Below are positions 32,169 to 43,587 of a stretch of 64,000 bases of DNA, one piece after another. The stretch comes from Candidatus Bathyarchaeota archaeon. GTDB taxonomy: Archaea; Thermoproteota; Bathyarchaeia; Bathyarchaeales; DTEX01. The stretch lies in the NCBI GenBank assembly GCA_963714275.1, contig CAVQNT010000002.1, forward strand, positions 704,001 through 768,000, written 5' to 3'. The translations under genes and the position numbers were made by a program. Every line of letters begins with the position of its first letter. The stretch's first letter is position 1. The notes under the pieces were generated by a model, which worked only from the letters and a program-made list of their open reading frames with translations, ran no database searches and was not told the DNA's origin.

Positions 32169-33149
32169 CTATAAATCATCATGTTTGAAAACCATGCTTA
32201 AGGCTCCGTGGGCAACAATGTACTCACCTAAGGGCGTGAGTAATATTTCTGGAAGCCTGTTTCGGGCATGGTCACACACGTACCGTTTTATGGGAGCAAT
32301 CACGAGGTCAGCATTGTTTAAAGCGACAGCTCCTCCAACCGTTATGAGCGAAGGATCGTACGCATCAATCACGCAAGCGAATCCGATTGCGTTAAGACGC
32401 CCTATATCTTCCACCAGCCCGACGGAAAGTGTGTCGCCAATCTTCGCGGTATCATAGAGAATTTTTGCTGTTAATTTGCTCAGATCTTTGTTGACTGCTT
32501 TTAACAGTAGGCTGTTCGCCAGTTCATTCGGCTTCTTTTGTTCAAGAAGCAGTCTAACAAAATTCGGTATACTGCTTCCTGCGCAGTAGGCTTCCCAGTG
32601 ACCTTTCTTTCCGCAACCACATTGTAAATATCCCATATTGTCAATGGTGAAGTGACCGATTTCGTGGGCGTTTCCGTCTTTCCCGATCAGCAGGTGATCG
32701 TCAACGTAGACGCCGCCGCCTATGCCTGTGCTTATTGTTATGTAAGCCATGTTCTTTTGTGCTTTACCTGCGCCAAAATACTTCTCGCCTATTACGGCTA
32801 CTGCGCAGTCGTTAAGAAGGTAAGTCGGCAGCTTAAAGGCATCCTCCAAGGGTTCAACCAATGGAACAAAGTCATAAGGCATGTTCGTCGGTTTCATCAA
32901 TCCGCCTTTCTTCAGGTCCAAAGGTCCAGCTGAACCGATGCCTATGCCCACGATTGTTTTTGCTTCTAAATGTCCTTTCTGGAGAGACTGAATCATTTTT
33001 ACTAATTGGTTGCTTATGCTTTCTGGATCTTTGTTTTTTTCTGTTTTTTCAGAGAATTTATCCAAAATTTGCCCTTTTTCATCTCCCAGCGTGATTTTAA
33101 TGTTCGTAGCCCCAACGTCAATGCCAATAGCCAAACGCTTACTCATCAT
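32169..33149 (-). CDS. ROK family sugar kinase
   Basis: GIDVGAT, LLND, ISTGIGGG, EIGH, CGCGKKGHWEAY. Confidence 0.92.
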   Translation of the reverse strand: MMSKRLAIGIDVGATNIKITLGDEKGQILDKFSEKTEKNKDPESISNQLVKMIQSLQKGHLEAKTIVGIGIGSAGPLDLKKGGLMKPTNMPYDFVPLVEPLEDAFKLPTYLLNDCAVAVIGEKYFGAGKAQKNMAYITISTGIGGGVYVDDHLLIGKDGNAHEIGHFTIDNMGYLQCGCGKKGHWEAYCAGSSIPNFVRLLLEQKKPNELANSLLLKAVNKDLSKLTAKILYDTAKIGDTLSVGLVEDIGRLNAIGFACVIDAYDPSLITVGGAVALNNADLVIAPIKRYVCDHARNRLPEILLTPLGEYIVAHGALSMVFKHDDL

Positions 33150-33393
33150 TGACCAACCTTTAGCGACAATGTTCCTGTTGACTTCGTTGATTCGGTTTTT
33201 TTGCTATAATTTTTAACGATTAGGGTATTAGATTTCCTCACTGAAGGATATAAACTATACCGAAAACTCTTTTGTTCTAAAACGTAGACATATTAGGTTT
33301 CGTAGGTTCAGTAATATTCAAGAATAGAAACTCCTAAAATATTTCGTGGATTGAAATAACTCAGTTTGATAATAGATTCGTGAGAGGAAAAAA

Positions 33394-33744
33394 ATGAAGA
33401 TTGCATTTTACGTTGCTGTTGCTGTTGCCTTAGGTTTATTTGCGATGCTTGCTCCTCTCATGGCGTTCACCACCTATGGTTATCATTCAGTGATTTCACA
33501 AAGCGAGGTTGGACAAAAGTTTATCAGTGAAAGAGTTTGGAACGGGACAGATGCCACATCGTATGGAGGAAATAATAGTAATTCAGTTCAGTCATTATCC
33601 TTCAATGAGGCTGCCCAGCTTTACGGATGGATGGATGTCAGGACAGAACCGTTCCCGACAAGCTTGGTTCCCGCAATTCTTCTAGTAGTCACAGGCTTTG
33701 TTACAGCATTAGGAGCTGTACTTTTCCTCAAAAATCGAGTATAA
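33394..33744 (+). CDS. Hypothetical membrane protein (N- and C-terminal TM helices)
   Basis: ORF with GAGG RBS-like element and two hydrophobic segments. Confidence 0.55.
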   Translation: MKIAFYVAVAVALGLFAMLAPLMAFTTYGYHSVISQSEVGQKFISERVWNGTDATSYGGNNSNSVQSLSFNEAAQLYGWMDVRTEPFPTSLVPAILLVVTGFVTALGAVLFLKNRV

Positions 33745-33844
33745 TGGAACTCAAAAAACCTCAAGCCATAATGGTTTTTTTGTTTATAACTAGAAATTAG
33801 TTAATAGTAATAGAGCACATAATTCTTTTAAGAGGGCAATCAAA

Positions 33845-34331
33845 ATGTCGCTTCTTAACGTCATCTTTAACCGTGCAAGTGTAAGACGCTACACGTCTGA
33901 ACCAGTTTCTGAAGAGACTTTAAGAAACGTTTTGGAGGCAGGAAGAAGGGCGCCTTCAGCCATGAACGCTCAGCCTTGGCACTTCATTGTAGTGACGGAA
34001 CAAAAGTTGAAAGACCAACTTTCGGAACGTAGATGGACGGGTTTCGTTAAAGACGCCGCATTCGTCATGGTTGGGTGTGGAGAAAAAAAGAGTCGCTGGT
34101 CAACTGTTGATGTAGCCATCGCTTTACAGAATATGGTCATAGCAGTCTGAAGCGCAAGGTTTAGGCTCGTGTTGGATAGGCGACTTCGACCAGACTGAAT
34201 TGAAGGAGATGCTCGGAATCCCTGACAACCTTCGTGTCATCGCCTTGGTTTCGTTTGGGTATCCCGCGGAGAAGCCAGCTCCACGCAATAAAAAAAACTT
34301 AGAAGAGACTGTTCATTATAACAAATTCTAA
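33845..34331 (+). CDS. Nitroreductase family protein, frameshift near 34147
   Basis: RASVRRY, APSAMNAQPWHF; shifted frame continues EAQGLGSCWIGDF...FGYPAEKP. Confidence 0.9.
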
Positions 34332-34565
34332 GGCAGCCTATTCCCGCCATTTTTCTTTTAAGGCATGGTTAATATCTCTCGAACTTCATGTTTCTTAGAC
34401 AAATTTCTGTTGAACGCATTCATCGTTATGTTTACTGATTCACTTTTTTTAGCCATTAAAAACATTCATACTCCAAATTGTTGTTGTGTCCCTAAAAAAA
34501 TTAGATTGTAGCAACAAGTTATTCAAGGAACGCTGGAAAAATACCTGAAAAATTGGTGAAACTTA

Positions 34566-37400
34566 CTATTTCCATTTCCATATTTTCCGACGCATAAAGA
34601 CCTCTGGCAAGATAAACAGTCCCCAACTTGCCACTCCTATCACGTACGCTAAATCTGTCAGGCTTAATGGCGATAGACCGAACATTTTGGCTGTCACAGG
34701 AATATACGTTATGCCTAAAGTAGCTGCTATTGAGATTACCTCTGCGATGACGAAGAATTTGTTTTTGAAACTGTCTCGTCCCATTCTCCACACGCTTCGG
34801 GTTTCTGAACGGCAATTCCAAACCACGAACAATTCGAACATGGCTGCTTGAACAAAGGCTGTTGTTCGAGCCTCCATAAGGGTTTCTTTCGTCATGAACC
34901 CATGAGCTGGCCAAACGTAGTATTCGAGGCAGAACACTAGTATTGTGCCTGTTGCCTGAAGAATAAAGGACGCCAGAATGAAAGCGCCCATGCCGTGTAA
35001 GATGCCTTCGTCTGGTTTCCGTGGCTTCCTTTCCATGACGTCTTCGTCCGGTGGGTCTGTAGCCAGCGACACTGCAGGCGCGCCGTCTGTGACAAGGTTG
35101 ATCCACAGTATCATGGCTGGAAGTAACGGTAGAGGAAACTGTTCAGGGCTGAATATTCCTCCCAGAATTGCGAAGGAGCCTATAACTAGTAGTTCGTCGA
35201 AGTTGCACGAAATTAGGAAACGGGCATACTTTCTAATATTATCGTAGATGACTCTTCCTTGCTCAACCGCCTTCACGATTGTTGCAAAGTTGTCATCCGT
35301 CAAAACAAGGTCAGAGGCTTCGCGGGTTACGTCGGTTCCTGTTATCCCCATCGAAACGCCGATGTCTGCAGCTTTAACCGCAGGCGCATCGTTAACGCCG
35401 TCTCCCGTCATTGCCACAATGTGACCCCTTGCCTTCAAGGCTTTTATTATTCTTAGCTTGTGCTCTGGCGACACTCTCGCGTAAACCGCTACACTTTCCA
35501 CGATTTTCTCGAATTCCTCGTCACTCTTGCCATCGAGTTCAACGCCTGTCAAGACGAGGCTGTCTTCCTTCATCATTCCGATTTCTTTCGCGACTGCAAC
35601 GGCTGTGAGTTTGTGGTCTCCCGTTATCATGACCGTCCTTATTCCAGCCCTAACGCATTGCTTGTTAGCTTCAATCGCTTCCTCTCTGGGCGGGTCAATC
35701 ATCCCTTCCAGTCCCACGAATACCAAGTCGTCCTCAACTGCTTCCTTGTTGACTTCGTTAAACTCGCTTGGAAGATGCTTGTAAGCCATAGCCAGAACAC
35801 GCAACGCTGAGTTAGCCATCTGCTCGTTGACTTCCAATATTTTTTTACGGACAGCTGCCATCAGCTTCTTTTCCTTGCCTTCCACAAGAATACGGGTGCT
35901 TCTTTCCAGCACAACTTCCGGTGCACCCTTCATGAAAGCTACTTTACCTTTCTCAGGCGTCACGTGAATGGTCGACATACGCTTCCTTTCAGAAGTAAAG
36001 GGCGCCTCTCCAGTGCGGGGGTACTGTTCAGCTAAAAGTTGCTGGGTGAACCCCGCCTTTGCAGCAGAGACCACGAGTGCTCCCTCAGTGGGATCGCCCA
36101 TGATGACCCATGATCCTTTCTCGTCCTGTTCAAGCTGAGCGTTGCTGCATAAGGAGCCAATTTTCAGCAGCATCGAAACATCAGGATCAGATGCTGGATT
36201 GATTTTTTTACTGCTTTGAAATTCGCCTTTAGGTTCGTAGCCGACTCCGGAAACTTCGATTAACTGGTTTCTCACATGTAGTCTGCGGACCGTCATTTCT
36301 CCTTTTGTTAAGGTTCCAGTTTTGTCTGAGCAAATGACCGTGACTGCCCCTAAGCCTTCGGCGGCTGAAAGCTTTCGTATTATGGCGTTCCTTTTGGCGA
36401 ATTCTCGCGCTCCCAATGCAAGGCTTATGGTTACTATCGCGGGTAAGCCTTCTGGGACAGCTGAGACAGCCAGCGAAATTGAGGACATGAAAGCTTGAAT
36501 GAACCCTTCAACGTCTATCACTCCTTGTCCATGCCAAAGCACTGAAGCTACTTCGAAAGCTTCTAGCCCAAAAATCACTATACAAACTAAAACAACAATT
36601 TTACCGATTTTTTTGGCAAAGGCGTCAAGCTTCTTCTGTAACGGAGTTTCCTCTTCTTCAGCCTCTTGAACGAGCTCAGCAATCTTCCCAAATTCTGTTT
36701 GCATGCCAGTTGTCGTAACTACGGCTTTACCGCGACCATAAGTGGTATGAGTTGCTGTGAAGACCATGTTTTGCCTGTCTGAGACAGGTGTGTTTTCTGA
36801 AAGAAATGCTGAAGCGTCTTTTCCTACAGCAGTAGATTCTCCAGTTAAAATTGCCTCGTCCGTCTTTAACTCGATGCTTTCTATCAACCGCGCGTCTGCT
36901 GCCACATGATCCCCAGATTCGAGAACAAGTATGTCGCCGGGAACAATCTCGCGTGCTGGAACAATTGTTTCTTTCCCTCCCCTTATCACCCGAGCTTTAG
37001 GGGCTGCCAGTTTTTTCAAGGCTTCAAGGGCTTTTTCAGCGCGGTATTCCTGAATGAAACCAGCTACTGCAACGAGAATCACGATTATGCCTATAACGAT
37101 GGTGTCAGCGTATGTTTCCAAAGCGTCTTTAGGAGGTTCACCTGGCAGCAGAGGCTGTTGAAGCTCATAATAACCGATCACTACCGAAAAAATGGCAGCT
37201 GCGATAAGGAGTAGAATGAAAATATCCCGGAACTCATCAAGGAACATTTTGATGGGCGTTCTTCGTTTCCGCTCTTTCAACTCGTTGAACCCATACTGTC
37301 CTAAACGTGTCTTGGCTTCCTGTTCGCTTAGACCATCTTTGGAACTTCCAAGGTTCTTTAGGGTTTCGTCGGTTGCCTTGCTGTGCCAGTTTTCAGCCAA
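34566..37400 (-). CDS. Cation-transporting P-type ATPase (P2A, Ca2+-type)
   Basis: [49 protein letters not shown]. Confidence 0.95.
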   Translation of the reverse strand: MAENWHSKATDETLKNLGSSKDGLSEQEAKTRLGQYGFNELKERKRRTPIKMFLDEFRDIFILLLIAAAIFSVVIGYYELQQPLLPGEPPKDALETYADTIVIGIIVILVAVAGFIQEYRAEKALEALKKLAAPKARVIRGGKETIVPAREIVPGDILVLESGDHVAADARLIESIELKTDEAILTGESTAVGKDASAFLSENTPVSDRQNMVFTATHTTYGRGKAVVTTTGMQTEFGKIAELVQEAEEEETPLQKKLDAFAKKIGKIVVLVCIVIFGLEAFEVASVLWHGQGVIDVEGFIQAFMSSISLAVSAVPEGLPAIVTISLALGAREFAKRNAIIRKLSAAEGLGAVTVICSDKTGTLTKGEMTVRRLHVRNQLIEVSGVGYEPKGEFQSSKKINPASDPDVSMLLKIGSLCSNAQLEQDEKGSWVIMGDPTEGALVVSAAKAGFTQQLLAEQYPRTGEAPFTSERKRMSTIHVTPEKGKVAFMKGAPEVVLERSTRILVEGKEKKLMAAVRKKILEVNEQMANSALRVLAMAYKHLPSEFNEVNKEAVEDDLVFVGLEGMIDPPREEAIEANKQCVRAGIRTVMITGDHKLTAVAVAKEIGMMKEDSLVLTGVELDGKSDEEFEKIVESVAVYARVSPEHKLRIIKALKARGHIVAMTGDGVNDAPAVKAADIGVSMGITGTDVTREASDLVLTDDNFATIVKAVEQGRVIYDNIRKYARFLISCNFDELLVIGSFAILGGIFSPEQFPLPLLPAMILWINLVTDGAPAVSLATDPPDEDVMERKPRKPDEGILHGMGAFILASFILQATGTILVFCLEYYVWPAHGFMTKETLMEARTTAFVQAAMFELFVVWNCRSETRSVWRMGRDSFKNKFFVIAEVISIAATLGITYIPVTAKMFGLSPLSLTDLAYVIGVASWGLFILPEVFMRRKIWKWK

Positions 37401-37629
37401 TGTGGTCCCACTTTAAAGTAAATTCTATCTCTAACACTCATTTTAACCTATAAGGCTTTTGTGAATACATAATACAACAAAACCTTCGTATGACAGAGAA
37501 AGTTCCGTTTATGGAATTTCGTCAAGTTACTGTCAAGATATATATGCGTTAAAATTCTTGAACACACTGTATGATACGTAAATTATAAGAAACCAGATTT
37601 TTTGAAAGGCTTTATTATGTAGCCATTGG

Positions 37630-38316
37630 ATGTGGTTGCGAGGAATAATGGTGGTCATAAAGGCGGTTCTTTTCGACCTCGGAGGAACACTGATCAAAAC
37701 CGCTCCTGTTCCGATTATTTTCGAGAGAATTTTATTGAGTCACGGAATTCAGGCGCAAGGAAATATTGACGAAGCTTTTCTTGACGAAGTTGCCAAAGAA
37801 ATGGTTCATGATTACGGGTTACCTTACCGAAAGTTTTGGCGCATTTACAATGGAAAAATTTTGAGGAAAATGGGACTCAGCGAGGACCTTGAAAAGCTGG
37901 CTGACATAATTTCCGATGAATGGTGGGACAACGCGGACCTTGAATTATATCCTGAAGTGAAGGGCACGCTACTGATGCTTCGAAGGCAAGGGTTGAAACT
38001 GGGAATTGTAACAAATGGCTTCCGAAAGGACGTTGACGACATATTTTCAAGGGTTGGTTTGACTGACCAGTTTGATGCAGCAGTAGGCGTGGACGACGTG
38101 GGAAAGCCGAAGCCTGAGAAAAAGATATTCTTGTACGCCTTAGAGAAGTTGTCAATCAATCCCCTAGAAGCACTATTCGTAGGAGACAACTTAGAGCTTG
38201 ACTATAAAGGGGCAGAAAGGTCTGGGTTGAAGCCTTTATTGATTGATCGGAACAACAAGGCTCGCGACGATGTAAGAAAAATTTATAATCTGAAAGAAGT
38301 GACGCAATTCCTCTAG
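37630..38316 (+). CDS. HAD superfamily hydrolase
   Basis: FDLGGTL, IVTN, KPEKKIF, VGDNLELD. Confidence 0.9.
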   Translation: MWLRGIMVVIKAVLFDLGGTLIKTAPVPIIFERILLSHGIQAQGNIDEAFLDEVAKEMVHDYGLPYRKFWRIYNGKILRKMGLSEDLEKLADIISDEWWDNADLELYPEVKGTLLMLRRQGLKLGIVTNGFRKDVDDIFSRVGLTDQFDAAVGVDDVGKPKPEKKIFLYALEKLSINPLEALFVGDNLELDYKGAERSGLKPLLIDRNNKARDDVRKIYNLKEVTQFL

Positions 38317-38336
38317 AATTCGTTGTAAATGTGTCC

Positions 38337-38981
38337 TTATGGTTTTTCTATCAGGTTTTTCTTTTCTTGTTCGGTTAGTTCCGAGTAGCCTTGGTCTTCC
38401 GTGATTGTTGCTATGTCGAAGCTGTCACCCGTGTAAATGTCCCGTTTCATTGCTGACCGAATTGCGTTTGCAGCAAGAACCAGTCCTTCTTTAAGGTTCA
38501 TCTGTTTGTTGTAGCCGCTTTCAAGAACTCCATAGGCAACAGGAGAGCCTGAGCCCGTCGATATCATTTCGTCTTCGATTACGCTTCCGAAAGGATCTAA
38601 AGAATACAGGTGGAATCCTTCTGAGTCGTAGCCTCCGACAATGATCTGGACAGCGTAGGGGTAATACCTCTGAGAAAACAGGACTGAAGATGCGAGGTTT
38701 GCGATTGTCTTAACGGGTGCTTCACGTTTTCTCTGAAGACCGTAAATCGAAGCGTTCGCCTTCAGAATGTCAAGCAAGTTCAGGGCTTCAGCGGGGACGC
38801 CTGCTATGGTCATGCCTATGTTCCGTGTTACCTGGTAAACCTTCTTTACCTTTTTGTGCGCCACGAAGCCCGGAAGCATCGTCGCCCGCGTGTCCGTAGC
38901 CATTATAACGCCATCGACACACTTAATCGCCAAGGTGGTGGTTCCCTTCAATTTCATGTTATCGGCTTTAACTGGATACAT
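38337..38981 (-). CDS. psmB: Proteasome subunit beta
   Basis: Propeptide followed by G|TTT, ATDTRAT, STGSGSPVAYGVLE, AMKRD. Confidence 0.95.
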   Translation of the reverse strand: MYPVKADNMKLKGTTTLAIKCVDGVIMATDTRATMLPGFVAHKKVKKVYQVTRNIGMTIAGVPAEALNLLDILKANASIYGLQRKREAPVKTIANLASSVLFSQRYYPYAVQIIVGGYDSEGFHLYSLDPFGSVIEDEMISTGSGSPVAYGVLESGYNKQMNLKEGLVLAANAIRSAMKRDIYTGDSFDIATITEDQGYSELTEQEKKNLIEKP

Positions 38982-39188
38982 TCACGTAACCTCTAGACAT
39001 GCAAAAAAGAAGAAACAACATATAAACATTTAGACTTAAGAACTTTGATCGAATAGACATCGAACCAAAATAATTCAGTATTGCTCTTCAATAAAACAGC
39101 TAAACCATTAATCATGATGGTTTAAGCTAACAAATCGCCAATGTTCATGTAAACTTTATTATAAGGAATCCCACAAAAATACTCTTGC

Positions 39189-39263
39189 GGGCTGGTGGCT
39201 CAGCTTGGCTAGAGCGTTCGGCTGATAACCGAAAGGTCGAGAGTTCAAATCTCTCCCGGCCCA
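39189..39263 (+). tRNA. tRNA-Ile(GAU), intronless, CCA not encoded
   Basis: Acceptor GGGCTGG/CCGGCCC-A, anticodon arm TTCGG-CTGATAA-CCGAA, T arm GAGAG-TTCAAAT-CTCTC. TATA-like TTTATTATAA about 25 nt upstream. Confidence 0.97.
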
Positions 39264-39470
39264 CTTTTAACTATGTTCCTACTAATGAAGGAATTCGTGT
39301 TACATTTGAGCTCAAATTGTTTCAGCGAGTAAGGAAATAAGTTCTTCCTGTTCCGATAACCCCTAGTTTCAGAACAAATTTACTCTGAATTTCTTCTTGT
39401 AGACTTAAGCCATATCAATTTATTCCGTCAGATCACCAATTGGGCAACCCATAACTTCCTCTCTTTTTTG

Positions 39471-39570
39471 TTACTTCAGGTTCTCCTCATTCTCAAAAAT
39501 GAACAGTTCGTCTATTGTTGTTTTCAGAACCTTGGATATGTCGTGTGCAAGTTTCAACGAGGGATTATAG
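39471..39570 (-). pseudogene. C-terminal remnant of an XRE-family HTH regulator
   Basis: Translates as [32 protein letters not shown]; no N-terminal half upstream. Confidence 0.6.
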
Positions 39571-39600
39571 CTCACTGCTCACTAGATGATGTTCATAACT

Positions 39601-40002
39601 TTAAAAGTTGCGGCGGGTTTGCAAATGTGCAATAGTTGAGAGTGATTCATGTTTCTTAATGTGGCTCGCATACACGCGAAAGTATAGTGTTTTTGAGTTT
39701 CGAAGTTTAGTTAGCCAGCCCATTCGGGTCAGTTGGTTAAGGTAGCTACTTTCGATTGCACGCGAACGTCCTGTTAGATTGGACACTTCTGTTGCACTGC
39801 ATTCACCTTTGGATGCCACGGCCAAGTAGGTCTTTCGAAGATTATCTGGCAAGGAGAAGAGTTCTGACTCGGATAAATTTAGAGGCTGAGGCTGCCAATT
39901 TGAAAACGTGTTTTCTATGTCGTCGAGGCGGAAACGTATGTTCTGCAGTTCTTGGAAAATTCGATCTAATCTCACCATTTTTAATGCTCCTAAGCAATGC
40001 AA
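39601..40002 (-). CDS. Winged-helix transcriptional regulator
   Basis: LPDNLRKTYLAV...CSATEVSNLTGRSRAIESSYLNQLTRMGWL. Confidence 0.7.
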   Translation of the reverse strand: MHCLGALKMVRLDRIFQELQNIRFRLDDIENTFSNWQPQPLNLSESELFSLPDNLRKTYLAVASKGECSATEVSNLTGRSRAIESSYLNQLTRMGWLTKLRNSKTLYFRVYASHIKKHESLSTIAHLQTRRNF

Positions 40003-40151
40003 TTCTATTACTTTTAGTTTTAAAAGACAAATTTAACGTTTTTTGATAAGTGCTCTTAAGCATTTTGTCAATTCTCATTTGAAAGACCATCTCTCATATG
40101 AATTTGGCTTTGCAAAACCGTAAATTTGACTAATGACGCCGAGTGTGGAGG

Positions 40152-40853
40152 TTATAGTCTTAAGTCTATTACGGTTGTGCCAGCAAACTTGTCAAAATAT
40201 CTGATATATCTCTCGTCCTTAAGTTTATACCCAATGATCAGGTCGAAGGGCAATAAAAAAACTTTGCCAAAATTTCTCACAGCAGTATGATCGTAGAAAA
40301 GCTTTTTTCCGTCAATCCGCACAACTGAAAGCCCAATAATCCGTTTTCCTAAACTTTGTCCAGCAAATCCTTCAAGAAGTGTAAAGTATATCCACAAAAG
40401 AACGAGAGTAAAGAGAATGCTATTGACATCTAAAATCGATTCTGGACCCTTTATGAGCCAGGAAAAAGTATTTGGCAAAGCCATGAAAACTGCAAAGATT
40501 ATTACGATGTCTATAAGAAATGCATATGTTCGTTTCATAAAGGTGGCAAGAGGGAGCACGGAAGTTTTCTTTGCAAGGTCAATTTCGACAGCCCATGCTT
40601 CGATGTCTCTAATTAGTCTTATTGCGTTTTCGCCCACCTTAGTTAATTGATACTTGCCGGTTGGTGTTTGCTCAATAAAAGCAGTTAGGCTTCGAATGTG
40701 AAAACTCAGTTTACCAGTATCTATATTGAGAGCGTTCATCAGGTCGGTAAAGGAACATACTCCTTTTTCACTAAGGTTAAAGAGAATCTCTCTTCTCAGC
40801 GGATGAGATAGTACTGAAAGAATTCTTGATACGTTATCTTGATCAACTGCCAT
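40152..40853 (-). CDS. ArsR-like wHTH fused to an RDD membrane domain
   Basis: LSHPLRREIL...GKLSFHIRSL...YQLTKVG, then KRTYAFLID, YFTLLEGFAGQSLGKRIIGLSVV, VRN, DKFAGTTVI. Confidence 0.85.
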   Translation of the reverse strand: MAVDQDNVSRILSVLSHPLRREILFNLSEKGVCSFTDLMNALNIDTGKLSFHIRSLTAFIEQTPTGKYQLTKVGENAIRLIRDIEAWAVEIDLAKKTSVLPLATFMKRTYAFLIDIVIIFAVFMALPNTFSWLIKGPESILDVNSILFTLVLLWIYFTLLEGFAGQSLGKRIIGLSVVRIDGKKLFYDHTAVRNFGKVFLLPFDLIIGYKLKDERYIRYFDKFAGTTVIDLRL

Positions 40854-41464
40854 CTTTCAAACCTGAACCTTGTTCTGCAGTATGACTCTGAATCAGATAA
40901 AGCTAATGTGGAATTTTTAATTCGCACTAAGACCATACGTATTCCCTTGTCAAATATTATGTGATTTAGTTGGCTAGGTCTCGTCGGTCGTCACTTCAGC
41001 TTCAAACTAATCGACAGTTTACCTATTCAAATGGATGGGGGTTGGTGCAAGTTAAAACTCAGCCTGTTGGATTCGAAATAAGAGGGCTTCGATTATGACT
41101 CTTTCTTTGTCTACTTTAACTGAACTTTGGGTTATAATGAAACGTTTTGCTCTTCTATCGTTCTTATTCAGGAAATTTAGCGCGCGCATCTGATTTGTTT
41201 GTGCAAACTGTGATTATTATTTTGTTATTTTGCTTCGAGAATATGTTGTGTGCATGTGAAAAACACCTCTACACTTATCTTCAAATAAAACCGAGTGATA
41301 TCTTTTCACGCGGGAGAAAAGAAAAAAAGAAGGGGGTTGTGGGAGCTGCTTTGGCAAGAAGAATACAACTAAGACCGAACACGAGAGTTCTGAAGAATAC
41401 TTGTCATAGTTTAGTTGAGATTGTCTATCGTAGGCTTCTTGGTGTGCTAACTCAGCTAATTCAG

Positions 41465-41681
41465 CTTCGTGAAAAACAGCATCTGTGTCTTTCATTATTT
41501 CTTTAACTAGGTTGAAGTCTCGGATGTCACCTTTTACGAAGTGGAAGTCTTCTCGGTCTTGACACTGAGCTATATTCTCTGATCGTCCAGTGCCTAGGTT
41601 ATCAATGACCGTTACTTCGAAACCTTCGCTGAGAAGTCTGTCCACGAGGTGGCTGCCGATAAACCCTGCGCCACCAGTCAC
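41465..41681 (-). pseudogene. Truncated NAD-dependent epimerase/dehydratase (N-terminal Rossmann fragment only)
   Basis: VTGGAGFIGSHLVDRL...DAVFHEA, after which similarity stops abruptly. Confidence 0.75.
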
Positions 41682-41793
41682 GATCTCCCTAAGTCACTAG
41701 CTTTTTACTGTTTCACGTGTGTCATTCAAAAAATCTAATCATGAAACGATTTCCCTTGCAGTCACATGCCATTTATTTAGTGACTGCGTTAAA

Positions 41794-43359
41794 TCACTGG
41801 AATAGGTTAATTGGGTTACGAATATCGCAAAGAAAATTTATAGACTGAAAATGTTCTAGGCTGGGTTTGCCACCGCGTCTTCTCATTACTAAAAGCCCGA
41901 CGATGACAGCGACCGCGGCAACGCCACCCCCTATTATTATGTACATCATTGGGAAGCCTTCTCCGATGGGAGTCAACGTCACATTCGGGTTTGTGCTCAC
42001 TGTCTCAACACTGGGAATTATGGCTCCAGTAAACTGGATTCCTTGGTAATCGGGCACTCCGTTCCAGTGGTTTATTTCGACTATTATGTCTTTGTCAGAA
42101 CTGATCATGTGGTTTCCTGGTATAGTGTATACAAAGTAATTGTTAGCGCCTATTGTATGGGTCGCGTCGTCGATTGTTACATGAGTTTCCTGGTTTGCAA
42201 AGAAGTAGACCTCAACTTGTGAGGCTACGGGAAGGTAAGTCTCGGTTCCTTCGTTGGCTCGGACGCCAATGAACGAGACGGCTTCGCCATAGCCCGAGTA
42301 GGGTCCTCCTGCAGCGCTCTCAAGAGGACGTGTCTGCTCAATACTGCCATTGTGAACCAAGGATAACGTGATTGGTTTGTCGCTTTGAACAGATAATGCA
42401 TTTGCCCCTGGTGGTTGTATGCCAATCCCAGTTCCTCCTACAACAGTGTATTCTTTTATTACTTGTTTGGTTTCAAGGTCATATACCGTCACTTTAGCGT
42501 CCTCAGTAGCTGAAATTCGGTATCCATAATCTCTTCTTGGATCATAAGATGTGATTGATTTTGTGACGAAGAATTTTCCTACGAAGCCACCTTCAGCGCA
42601 TGGAACAGCGAAACAATTTACGTCTCCCCCCCATAGTGGTACTATTCCAGCCTGTAACATGATATTGCCTGTGGACTCGATTTTGTAGACTCTGAAGGCT
42701 GTGAACGGGTAATTCTTGTATGCGTTGGCTTCCAAGGAAACGGTGTTTACAGTGTTATCTTCCTTGGTTATTGTGACCGTGGATTTTTCTAATGCTAGTA
42801 TCGTATATTCTGCTGCTGCTCCTCCTCCTCCTCCTTCAGAAGCCATGAACACAAATTTTTTGCCAACGTACAAACCATCAACAGATGTATAAAACGTGGA
42901 CGGTACTGGTCCTGTTACGTTACTTAAAGGTACTGACCCATAATTTAGGAGTAAAACAGAAACTATCTTGTCTGACACCACTTTAAAGAATGTTCCATTT
43001 GGTAAAAGCGTGTATTGATTTTCCATGTTGTTTAAGTGGCCTTCTGAAATCTGTTCACCAGTCGTCAAATTATAAACCACAAAGTTGGTGCCATCTTCTG
43101 AAGCAACAACTGAGAGCAGAGACATGTTGTTGTTGATGTTGATGTCTCTGACATTTTTCTGTAGCTGCCAAGCTGAGTTGGAGTCGAAGGGATCAGTGAG
43201 ATTGTATCTGTAGGTCTTAAACGGGACAACACCATAATAAGTATAATCTGGATTACTAACGGAAAGGTGAATGGACGAAAACAACGGGAAATTAAGGCAA
43301 ACAATGAGTATGACAATAACAAGACAGGGCAAATTAATCAAGTTTTTCTGAGGCTGCAA
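41794..43359 (-). CDS. Secreted, C-terminally membrane-anchored surface protein with IgGFc-binding-like repeats
   Basis: Signal-like N-terminus, repeated units (VVASEDGT/ILALEKST/ISATEDAK; VVSDKIV/VQSDKPI/ISSDKDI; VGKKF/VGKFF), C-terminal TM followed by RRR. Confidence 0.65.
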   Translation of the reverse strand: MQPQKNLINLPCLVIVILIVCLNFPLFSSIHLSVSNPDYTYYGVVPFKTYRYNLTDPFDSNSAWQLQKNVRDININNNMSLLSVVASEDGTNFVVYNLTTGEQISEGHLNNMENQYTLLPNGTFFKVVSDKIVSVLLLNYGSVPLSNVTGPVPSTFYTSVDGLYVGKKFVFMASEGGGGGAAAEYTILALEKSTVTITKEDNTVNTVSLEANAYKNYPFTAFRVYKIESTGNIMLQAGIVPLWGGDVNCFAVPCAEGGFVGKFFVTKSITSYDPRRDYGYRISATEDAKVTVYDLETKQVIKEYTVVGGTGIGIQPPGANALSVQSDKPITLSLVHNGSIEQTRPLESAAGGPYSGYGEAVSFIGVRANEGTETYLPVASQVEVYFFANQETHVTIDDATHTIGANNYFVYTIPGNHMISSDKDIIVEINHWNGVPDYQGIQFTGAIIPSVETVSTNPNVTLTPIGEGFPMMYIIIGGGVAAVAVIVGLLVMRRRGGKPSLEHFQSINFLCDIRNPINLFQ

Positions 43360-43587
43360 GATTATACACCTCTAATTATTCTCACCTTATATTATACTGG
43401 TTATATTTAAAACATTTCAGAAACAATAATTTCAGAATTCACTGTGTTTTTCTAAAAATGTTTGATGATATCTCCTTTCAGGGAAAGACGTAATAATTTA
43501 GTTCTCTCTATAGACAATCATTTTAATTAGTTAGCCATTTTATTTAAGCAGAATCTCCTAAAAAAACTGAATCGTGGAGGAATCTGA

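Noticed and set aside
39189-39600. Provirus or integrative element at tRNA-Ile
   Set aside because: No integrase, viral genes or att duplication visible in the window.
41217-41464. C-terminal half of the 154-aa ORF as a novel epimerase fusion
   Set aside because: Looks like read-through into unrelated sequence after truncation; the catalytic YxxxK region is missing.
42811-42836. (GCT)n/(CCT)n tract as a phase-variation locus
   Set aside because: Short in-frame trinucleotide run encoding GGGGGAAA; slippage would not shift the frame.
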